Source: Dimorphilus gyrociliatus (lineage: Eukaryota > Animalia > Annelida). From it: a stretch of 64,000 nucleotides of DNA. This document shows positions 12,360 through 23,700 of this stretch, piece by piece. Under the pieces are notes generated by a model. The model had not been told where the DNA came from, made no database searches, and saw only the letters and a list, made by a program, of their open reading frames with translations. The stretch is taken from positions 972,556 to 1,036,555 of the forward strand of contig CAJFCJ010000016.1 of the NCBI GenBank assembly GCA_904063045.1. The letters are read 5' to 3'. The stretch's first letter is position 1, and each line of letters opens with the position of its first letter. Both the position numbers and the translations under genes were made by a program.

Positions 12360-14244
12360 ATGATTCTATTTGTTTACTACGGCAGTTGTCTAATTGTTAC
12401 GTTTATCTTGCAAGTGTTAACGCTTAATAGACTTAATTGGAACGTACCTAATTATCGTATTGAATTTGAATTTAAGAGACTGTTTAGGGTGGATAAACCT
12501 TGTTTTGCAGGTATATACACACACGCACAGAAACGCATCGTTCATAATACTCTATTAATGTGTCTTTCAAGGAAATAGGCTAAATAAACGAGAATGTAAT
12601 ATTAACAGTAAGGTTTCCATTTAGATAATATATCAATGACTAAAAAAAACTGTTTTTTACTCTTTCTTTTTCATTGATTATAGAAGTATACCTAAGTCAA
12701 AAGGGTCTAAATTTATTTACCATCTATTATCCAAAGGAGTCAAAGTTGATTGTTGATGAGAAAACTGGTAAATATTTCAACGAGAACAGAAAGAATACAT
12801 TTTCCTATGTGGGCTATATGTGCTTTTTATATTTATTTACAATGAACGGAATTACTAGACCTTATGAATTCGTTGGCGAAATTAACATACATTCGGAAAT
12901 TGAGAAATCATCGCAAAGGAATATGGGCAGGAATGTTACATTCTATTTTAAAGAAGACTACGTTCTTGAATTGGTTCTTCGGGTATTTTTCAATTATCAT
13001 TCCAATCAGAATTCGTCCATTTAATCAACGTCTTCTTACCTATTAGGTTACCTGTTTAGACAACTATTTCGGTGATTATTGTACCTGTAAAGGTAGAAGG
13101 AGGAAAACTGACATTTGCTTTAAAAATGGTACCGTTCTCTGTAAATTAACTAATCAACCTTACACGCATGTCGAAGAGGAATGTATTGATACGAGAATAT
13201 CGCAGTTAACCGTCGCAATCTATATACAATCCGTTCAATTAACAAACAAAGTATCGTGTAAGGAATACGACGACTGCAGTCTTAACAATACGAGATTTTG
13301 CTTTGGATTGCATAATAAATACGAAATAGTTTGCGACGATTATCAATTCAATCGCAATTCGAACAATAGTAAAGAATTTCTACCAGTTGACGTTAAATCT
13401 ATGAAATTTCATATTGGAAGTAGAAAATTCATGTACTTGGGTACCGAAGTTCAACTATTCAAGAATCAATCTTTGTTCACTCTCTACGAATCTTTCGATA
13501 AAACATTATATATAAAAAACATCAAGAATCATTCGATTATCGTGATTTTAGGCGACTTTGATAAACTTGAATTTACATTGCGATTTGAAGTAAAATACAA
13601 ATTATTTTTAACTCTCTACCAAATTCATCTTGTTGCCGTTTGCTTATCTTTTCATTCATTTTTTTCCCTACCAGTTTTCTTGCTCTCAAACAATCAAATC
13701 AAACTTTGGCAAACATTGCCAATGTAACGGTAAAGAAAAGGATAATATGATATGCTTGGAGAATGGTACTATTACTTGCCAACGTGGATTTCTATACGTT
13801 TCTTCAATTCACTCTTGCTTGAATAGGACAAATTTCTTGAATAGTAAACATCTATTGATTGAATCAACGACAAATTCGAGTAGTATTAATATATCTTTAC
13901 AATCTAACACTATATAACTTACGATGCTTTTACCCTTATCTTTTATAAAAGCAACTAATCGGTTGGATCTGCCGCTTAAAGAGGATTTGTTCAACGATTC
14001 GTTAATAGCCTTATCGTTCGCTTTACCTTGTTCATTCGTAATTATTACTATGGTTGGTTTATTAATTTATATTGCAAAATACGTTTATCCCGTCACGAAA
14101 AAAGACTCTACGTCGTCTATTCGTCTAAACGATTACTCTTACTATGGATACTCTTCCTATTCTTCTTGCCTGTCGTCGTCCAGTCAGTCTAGTCTCAGCT
14201 ACGATAGACAAAATTCGAGTGTTACCTACGAAAAGAACAGCTAA
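12360..14244 (+). CDS. type I membrane protein with two DSL-like Cys modules (divergent Delta-like)
   Basis: Hydrophobic N-terminus at 12360. Modules VTCLDNYFGDYCTC..DICFKNGTVLC (from 13047) and FSC..NFGKHCQC..MICLENGTITCQRGF (about 13675-13800). TM segment SFALPCSFVIITMVGLLIYIA, then a Ser/Tyr-rich tail. Confidence 0.55.
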
Positions 14245-14350
14245 CAGTATTCTTAATAAACTAGTATAAACAATTAAGTAAAACGTCTCGGTTTTTACTT
14301 TTTACTGTATTGAATGGAGAATAAATGAAAAAGAAAAAAAAAACGGATTC

Positions 14351-14422
14351 AGGTTCCACCGAGATTTGAACTCGGATCGTTGGATTCAGAGTCCAAAGTG
14401 CTAACCGTTACACCATGGAACC
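14351..14422 (-). tRNA. tRNA-Gln-CTG: tRNA-Gln (anticodon CTG)
   Basis: Reverse complement matches the 5571 gene; T-run terminator downstream on the minus strand. Confidence 0.97.
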
Positions 14423-14693
14423 TTCACATGTTTGCGAGATTCTATTTATCTTCTATGAAACCTATCATCATATTCAGTATTAAAAAAAAAGAAAAGAATG
14501 AAAAGTCTTGATAATCCTGAACGTAAAATGAACTCTTTTGAATTTTTATGAATAAATTACCTTAATTTATTAATAGTTGTATTTATTAGAAACTATAAAT
14601 CGTTCTTTTTATTGTTCATTCTTATATATTATTAAAATTACGGTTAATTTAAACGCAGTAAAACTCTACTCATCCATCATTAACACTTTCACC

Positions 14694-16942
14694 ATGTTGG
14701 AAATGGTTTTACTCTGTTTTCTCTTTGGTAAATATTTGCCCAACATTTTACTTTGTTTTTATCTATTCCTTCTCTCCTTTCTCTTCTTCCTTTCTATCAT
14801 AAACAAAATATTCCCCATCATTTAGTCACCTCTCAGCAAGTTCCTACAAACGATTTGGCAAAATTCAAAAGAGCTTATCAATCAACAATTATGATAAAAG
14901 AATCAAGTGACGGTCCAAGTTTAGCGGTAGACGGTTTATCAACTTTTATAAAAGTAACCTATCAGGCATACTATATAAGAAATCTCAGTCAACATCTATC
15001 TATACAATATATACAGTGTATAAGTAAAAATTCATAAAAACAGTGTTCGAGAACTGGAGCCCATCCTAATCTGAAATCATGGTGGTCTGTCGACTTGGAA
15101 AGAGAGTACGAGATAACCAGCGTATGCCTTTTAAATACAAATGGAATCGATTGTAAATAAACAACAATAAGGGAATCTTGTGATTTTTTTTCAATTATAT
15201 CTTAATTACCACATTTTTTAGATGATAAACTAAGTAATTTTCAAGTAAGCGTTGGTAATTTTCCACTTGAAACGTCTAATATATGCACAACATATTCTGG
15301 AACTGTCCCTGAGCCTCAAAATTCTAATGAATATATATGTTTTAACTGCCAACAAGATTCAATAGGTTCTTTTTTAACAATACAACATTTGGACGAGGGA
15401 AAGAATTTAATACTATGCGGTGTAACGGTAAATGGTCAATCGGAAAAGCCTTCTAGTAAGTCAAATGTTTCATTCAACTATGTTAAGGGTGTTATTTATA
15501 ATTGTATATTAAAGATATTGCCTCTATCAATCAACCGCATTTTGTGGCTTTTGGAGGAAAAACTTCTTCTACGATACACGCCTTCGATAAGTTTTACGGA
15601 TCATTCTTCTCCACCAAAACAACCGATCTCAATTATAAGAGGCCATTTCTGAGGATTGATTTACACGAAAGCCGCCTTATCTACGGACTTATCATCATTT
15701 CTGCTGAAGATGGTTTGTAGTTTGGTTTTCTTCATATTTATCCTTTTCAGACAAAGTATTAACGTTCTACAACAGAGAGTTTATCGAAGAGATATATTGA
15801 AAATATCAACATAGCTGTTCAATCCACGCTGGAAACGCTCCTGCCGGAAGGAGACAAGTTTTGTTATAGAAATTTTTCATCAAATTTTTACAAATATTAC
15901 CAAGCGAACGTTATTGCGTGCAGTCGACAACTATACGGAAGTTCTATATTGATAATTAAAGACGACGACGGTACAGTGGAATTAAAGTTTTCAGAGCTCA
16001 TCCTCTACGAAAAAGCTTCTTATATTTGTACATATTGCGGTAAAAAACAATTCTATCAATACTTTTCAATAGTTTGAATAGTTTACTGGAAAATCTTTCA
16101 GAGAATTCAATGAACTTTAAAATCTTTCCGTCAAATATTCAATCATCTCCAACTTTCGTTCTAATCGATTCCATCTATTACTTATTTGGCAATGCGGAAT
16201 TTATACCTTTACCTAGACTGCAATTTTTTGAATTCAACTTTTCAAAAGTTCTACTATTCAATTCGGTTTGTTTAACAGGTAAACCGTTGTTTTTACATCT
16301 GTATTATATGCTTGAAATAGCTAATATATCTCTCCTCCTTTCGTCAAGTTTCCCTCTCTCAATCCTACTCCGACGTGGCTATAGTTGAAGTTGTTAATTC
16401 CGTTGGTCATTCAATTAATCATTATTTATCTAATCAGGAACTAGAATTGGCAATGACCGGTTGCTATTATTTTCCGGTTACCCTTTCAAAATTAATAAGA
16501 GTACACGCAAAAACCGATATAAATGTCAGTGAAGTCGACTTTCCGACAACATCCAAAATGGCGGTAAAATGTAAGAGTTTATGTGAATAGTTACGTTTCT
16601 TTTCATTTCAACTGCCTTTTCTTTTCTATAGATGAAAACACATCGTGCCAAGGTGCATTTTCTTCTAAAACTATCTCTTTGAATGAAATTTCCAACGATT
16701 TCATAAATTATCAATCATTTCTTATTGTTATATCTGGTTATGGAATTATTAGGGAATCCTTTCTTGTTCTTACCAACAATCTCACTGTTAATAAAGTACA
16801 CTATTGCGAGAATATTGTTGAACAGGACTTTTTCGATCCATCCGTATTACTATTTAATTGTTCTACAACTTTTCATCATTCAATCGTTATTTATCCTTTC
16901 AAAATTGAAACGCTAATTGCCAATATCTTTATCTATTTATAA
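14694..16942 (+). CDS. secreted multi-domain F-type lectin (FTP)/discoidin-fold protein
   Basis: Signal exon MLEMVLLCFLF. Spliced exons give DLAKFKRAYQST..SLAVDG / CSRT..SWWSVDLEREYEITSV / KLSNFQVSVG..C..GSFLTIQ..LILCGVTVNG (FTP pattern). A second domain includes PFLRIDLHESRLIYGL; further domains are degenerate. Confidence 0.65.
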
Positions 16943-17648
16943 ACACGATTAACCCTGGGCATAGAATGGAAGAAAAACGTAAAATTATCACGAATAATAA
17001 TTGCAGTCTGTCTATGCAAAGTTTAATAGTAGAAAACAACTATTGTATTTATGTGTGGGCGGTTGAATGAAATTTAATAAAAGCTTTGACGTTGTATTGC
17101 ACAATATCGAATAAACGCTTTCAACAGTTTTACCATATAGTAGAGAGATGTATTATTATATTCTTCACCTTCTAAGAAAGGACATTGAAATCACGAAAAA
17201 GACATAAATCAATCAAGTTTTACTCAATTAATTCCTATTGAAGAAGAGGAAGAAGGAGGAGGAGGAGATAAAGTAAATGCAATTAATTCCATAGAGATCC
17301 TTTATTTAAACATGCGCAAAATTGATCATCTTTTCAAAAGATGAGGTGACAAAAAAGCGATTTTAAAGAGACGCTCACCTTCCGCTAGCCAAAGAGACTA
17401 GCAAAACAATTAAAATAAAGGGTAGTTCTTTCGTTTTCTCGTTCCGTGTTTCTTCTATTGTTTACCATAGAGACTATGATAACAGAAGGGATGATAATAT
17501 TCCTATAGATTTCTTTACCATCTCAAAATCGTTAAGCATAAGATGTAATAGATATATCGAACTCTGTACAGGGTTATATTTATTATATAAGAACTTTCGC
17601 CATTAGATTTATTTGACATTTTTAGCATGATAACAAAGCGTTATTCGG

Positions 17649-18121
17649 ATGGAAACTATGAGGAATTTATGTATAATTGTACTATTAACATTATCATCGT
17701 TTCCACTATCGTTGTCTTCTAATGAAGGTTTGACAATTTCCTTTTTCGTTATGCCATGAGAAAAAGCAAATTGATTCTTTTATACTTTCAGTTTGTTCTT
17801 ATAAATATACTAGTTATGTTTATCTGTTCGGTTATAACTTGTTTATACCTGGATACTCACCCTCAATTACCAATATAATTACTAATGTTACCTACTGCAA
17901 ACAGCTTTGCAGCGGTTTGAAAGATTGCAAGTTTGTTGGAAAACTTTTAAAATTTATCATAAAGAATTGTCTTTCTTTCTTTCCCTTCTCGTTTAGATCG
18001 ATTGACTATCATTTGACTCTACGTAAATGTTATCTAAACTATGAAACAATATGGTCAAGAGTTAGCGATGCTCTTAATTCTCAAGTTTACAATTATTACG
18101 AGAAAGTTGACGATACATGCG
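17649..18121 (+). CDS. secreted PAN/apple-domain protein B (3' end unresolved)
   Basis: Signal exon METMRNLCIIVLLTLSSFPLSLS; exon 2 VCSYKY..LFGYNL..CKQLCSGLKDCK; exon 3 SIDYH..CYLNYE..YNYYEKVDDTC; GT-AG junctions in frame. Confidence 0.7.
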
Positions 18122-19119
18122 GTAAGTGAACTTGACCCTCTATCCATTTGCCTATCATCATGAACATTCAACTCTTCATAATCACGTCAAAATTCACATT
18201 GAAATGAACAATTTTTATAAATTATACACTATAGTACTGTATATTAAAGTAATGGGATGTTTTTTTGATCGATTTAACCTTAAGGGTCATTTATTCACTC
18301 AATTCTTTATCAAAAGTCATTGGATAAGGTTTGTTCTTTTTGAATAACTTGTACTTGTATTCAGACTCCTTGTATAGTTTATTATTTTGAATTGTTAACT
18401 GCATCTAATCCAAAACTGAATAGAGGACAAGCAAGTAAACAGAACGTTCTTCTCCACCATTAGCATCATTCCGTAAGTATATTACGTAGATACTTTCATT
18501 TCCAGATAGAATAACAATTTATTTCTTCATTTATACAGTATTTTGCAGTTGAAACATTTCAATAACATATTCATTTTTCTATCAGCAAAATAAGCGGAAA
18601 CCAGAAATCAACTAGAGTTTTTCATTATTTTCGTAAGGATTTACATACTTTTCGTTATAAATCCAATAAATAAAAGACATGCTCAGTTCGATTGATCGAA
18701 TAACAACAACAATAATAAATAATAATAATAATCAATTTTATATAGAATGTTATGAAATATCTAGATATTGTATAAACAGTATATACTGTATATAAGTTTA
18801 TACTGTCTATACAATATATGTTTCGGTCTGAGACTTTAATTAAATAATATTAAAACTATTTACATGGAATAACGCTGGTTTTTATGATAATATCAGTATA
18901 GTAAAAGATCGATTAGAAACCATCGAGCATGTCATTACATCAGTGCTGTAGTTTGTTGTGTATGTGTGTGTGTGTGTGTGTACCAATTAGTAAAGTACTA
19001 ATATTACAATAGGAAGCTGAACTTGATTTTCTACAGTTTGCTTATGAAATGAATGAAAAGAGAGAGAGAGAGAGAGTGTGTGTGTGTGTGTAAGTGTGTC
19101 TCATTTCTCCTATACTTAC

Positions 19120-19575
19120 TCGTATTTGTTACTTTATGATAATAATCGTAGAGGTGTGATGTAACAAAAGATATCTTCATAGTATCTTTCGATTGTGAAT
19201 TAAGGAAGCATCGACTCTGGCTGAATTTATAATCAAACGATCTGAATGCATGTTACACAATGCAATAGCTGTCATTGAAATTAAAAGATCATAACTTACA
19301 AACATTTCTTGTAGGCATTGCACATACTTTTACAAGTATCCACACTGACGACGACTGATTCGGCATTAGAGAATTCAGTTATCTTAATATTATAGTCATT
19401 TAATACAGACAACGGATACTTTTCATAGACAAAAGCTTGAAAAGAATAGAAAACAATTTTGTAGCAATTAATATTAACCAATTAAAAGGTAAAGAGACAA
19501 AAGTATACCTTGATCAGTGTATCTGATAAGATGGCAATAAACTATTAGTATTCTTATTAGTTTATAAGTTTTCAT
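19120..19575 (-). CDS. secreted PAN/apple-domain protein C (3' end unresolved)
   Basis: Signal exon MKTYKLIRILIVIAILSDTLIK; VDTCKSMCNAYKKCL | SFDYKFSQSRCFLNS..YDYYHKV, with the same phase-2 intron after the third Cys as protein B. Confidence 0.7.
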
Positions 19576-20772
19576 TTCGTTCTGAAGAGAGAAGAGTCTA
19601 ATAGCAGATGACAAACGTTTCTTGAATGCGAAAAAGAGCTCTCTCTTCCATTTTATTTAATGTTTTTCATGATGTTTAAATAAATCATTTTATTTGACGT
19701 TTAGTAAACAGTAAACGCCAATATGTGTTAATAGTTCAGGTCGATTTAATCTGATATTTCCCTCTTATGGGTCTAAATCTAGACTAAAAAATCGTTCTTC
19801 TTCCATCTCCGTTTCATAATAAATTAACGAAAAGTTGGTGTAGAAATGTTATTTTTCCTCTGTTTTCGTTCTTTTAACATTATTTATTTGACGTTTATCT
19901 ACTAAAATAACGATTTCTATTAAATAGATTATAAAATAATTAAGGCCTATATCTTTATAGAAATATATATACAGTATATATATATATTCAATATTCGTTA
20001 TTTAAACTAACTATTAACAACTCTGCAATACATTCACCTTACGCAAAAATGACATAAATCTCTTCTACACGGTTCATTCTCTCCCTCTTTAAACTTCTAA
20101 AACTACTTATTTATAATAAGCACAATCTTAACGATATCAATTACAAGAAATAAACCTAAACCATAAAAATGAGCCGACAGGGATTATTACAAAATATTGT
20201 CAACTAAGCAGACAAGACTTAAAGTCTATTTTTAAGGTTGGAAAACAGGCAAATCTATACTTTACCGTAGATTCGTTTGTTCAACTTGATATTCTATTTT
20301 TAGACGAGATAGGAAAGTTAGAGGATGAATATACGAAACGAACGAAATAGTTCCAAGAATTCGTTCTATGTTGAATATAGAGAAATACCTTTAGATATAG
20401 ACTGTCTATAGTCATATGCATATATATAGAATAAAAGATAAAAATAGAAAAAATAATCAGTACTCGATAGAAAGAAAGAAAAAAAAACATTAGTCTGCTA
20501 ATCAATAACTTTTGTACCGCAAATGGTAAATGGTTCATTGGTTAGTTGGTCGGTCGGTCGGTTGGTCGGTTGGCTGATATTGAATAAGAGGCCTAGGTAA
20601 ATTAAACACGCTTTGCAATTTCAAGACAGAAAGCGAGAGAGTAAGAGAGAGAGAGAGAAAAAGAATTATACCTCATGTTATATATTCAAGGGAATTGAAT
20701 ATACTAAGGTAGGTGTAAACATTATACAATTTCAATACATTTATAACGGTATTACCAACTACTTTGCAGTCA

Positions 20773-23700
20773 ATGGAATCTCTGGAATTACTTTCGTTAA
20801 ACTTTTATAAATCTATACTAAAAACCAACGTTGGAAAATATATATCATTTCAAGAGTTTTGTTCAAAGCTATACGATCTAAAGCTAACAACTCGAATCGA
20901 ATTGAACGATTTGCACTCGCAATTCGACAATTACGGAGAATCAGCTTTTAATTACTTAATTCAAATTCTAACCGATTCTACAATAGACAACTTTTGCAAC
21001 AATCTCAAGGAAAACGACAAGAAATCTATTAAAGAGTTTGCCAACAAGTTGAAAACCAGTAAGATATTATGGAAGCTATTAATTGACGATGTAAAATGTC
21101 TAAGGAGAAAGGATTTATGCGAGATCCGCCCACTACTCTTCGAAGAGATTAAACCCATTCGACTATCGGATGTAACCGCAACTATAAAATTAATAACAAC
21201 TAAGGATAAAAGCACACTTGAAAATTGTTGTGAATGGAATGGAAACGGCGTCGATTATAGTAATTTCTACGGAATTTTTGATAAATTCAATAAAATCCTA
21301 ATAGAAGGAGGAGAAGGGATTGGAAAGACTATTCACGTTCGACATCTTATCTATTGTTGGGCGAACGATGTTTGGGAAAAGCATACAGATAAATTAATTA
21401 TTCGTCTATCCTTACGCAATTTAACTAATCAACAAGATATCTTTGACGCAATTATTCAACAAAATTTCCAACAGATTAGCTATATCGACAAAAGACTCGT
21501 ACAGTTATTTTTCCACGAAAACAACTCCAAAGTTCTACTATTCTTAGACGGAATAGACGAGATAAACAACTCGTACGGAATTGATGATTTAACGAACGGC
21601 ACTTCAAATAGAGAATTATCAACAGTGGTTAATTCTAGAAAATGGAAAATTAACGATTTAATAAATAATCCTAATCCGGAATTATCGACAATTGTTTGGT
21701 CGAGAAAGTGGAAATTAGAAGAAATACAAGAATCATTCGATATAGTATTTGAGTTGGAAAGTTTTAATGATAAAGAATTGAAATATTTCTACGAAAAATC
21801 CATTATTGGCTGTTCAGAAAGAATTCAATACTTTCTTCAAGTGCTGAACAATCAAAAATGGTTCATTAAGGATTTTTGCCGAATTCCTTTATACTCTCTA
21901 ATTGTTTATATTGTTTGGCAGTATAATAAATGCGAATTTAAAGAGAATCGCTTCGAATACTATACGGAAATCATGAGGATTATTCAAGAGAGGGACGGTC
22001 TCGATAAGCGAAACACTATGCCAATTATCCATAAACTACACAAGCTGGCGTTCAGTCACCTAAAAACGAATCAATCAACAATCAACATTGCCGACGATCA
22101 TCAACTAAAAGAGATTATAGTCACATTAGGCAACATTCTTCAATTAGACGATCAAAACAATGTTCAATTCTATCATCACTCCTTTCAAGAGTTCTTTACG
22201 GCTAAGTATATTATTGCGCAATATCCGATTAATTTCTCCGGACGTGTTAAAAGCATAAGTAAAACTTGGAAACAATTCGAAAAGAATATGAAAGAATTTC
22301 TTATGGCAGTGAAAAGAATTCAATTTTTCAACACAATGAACTTTATTAAACAAGGAAATATTGATATATTTGAAAAAATCATTCTTAAATTTGATATTAT
22401 TCCAACTCTATACGAATCTAAATATCTCGTAAAGGAACACCTTGGAAAGAGACGCTACCATAATTACGAATTAAAATTAAACGACACGAATGAAGGACAT
22501 TCAAGTTCAACAATACTAGCCGTTCTCCTACATAGAATTGGATCTAATCTAACCAATATGACGATTGCAATTAACTCGGTTTCTTTCAAATCTATTCTTC
22601 ATATTTTAAGTAAACATTCACCGAATTTGAAGGATTTATCGTTGATTTGTGGCGAAAGAATAGAGTTGTTCTATCAGAGTGAATCGTTTCTAGAAGTTTT
22701 TCTAACTTTAATCTCTTCAACGAACGTCGAAAGAATACAATGGAAAAAGCATATTTTCAACATCTCTTCCCACAGCCGCAATAGAAACGAAACGAATTCG
22801 ACAATACAAAGATTCATTGAAGAGTTTGAAATTTCCAACGATCCTAATTGCAAAGACGTCTTCGATATTCAAACGGCAAACGGTTCAGTTTTCTTGAAAA
22901 GTTATCAAGATAAAAGCAAACACTTCCTACGGATTGTTGATAGAAATTACATGAATTTTTTAAGTAAATTAAACGATACGGAGACTTTAATACTCGAAAA
23001 TAAAATAATACCATACTATATTTATTTGGATTTTCACGATATGTTGGAAGAGAGAAAGAAGAGGGAACAGATCAAATCTATTATCATCCTCAATACAATT
23101 GTACGAAATAGAGATAATTCAACGTTTATCAACTACAATAGTCATTACAAAAGTAACGCTTCCAACATACCAAATGGAGTTATAGAAAGTAAACATGTAG
23201 GAAAGTTTGTCCTATTGAATTCCAACGTAAATTGCTCGAATAGAGAGGGAAAGTACGAATTTCTTGCCAGAACTAAGAGAAAGGCATTAAAATTGATCAA
23301 CTCTTCCTCAATTAATGACAATACCGGCAGCAGCAATAGTTTTGAAACGAATCTCGTAATTGTCGAAGAGAGTATGAAATACAGAAACGACTGTAGATTG
23401 AATCTATGCAAAAAGGACGACCTATTTAAAAGACGTCGAATGGTTGGAAATTGTTTTCATTCAATTAAACCGTTCAAGTATTTTATGAAAAAGAACATAA
23501 AAGAATTACAAGTGATAAACATTAATTTTCAATATATGCCTACAACGAAACTTGATAGGGATGTATGGAAATTAAATTCAACTATAGAAGTATTGGATTT
23601 TAGCTATAGTACCTTTACAAATCAGACTTTTTATTCAATATTCTCAGCCTTAAAGGAACACTGTCGTCGTATAATTCATATTAATTTATCAAATTGCGAA

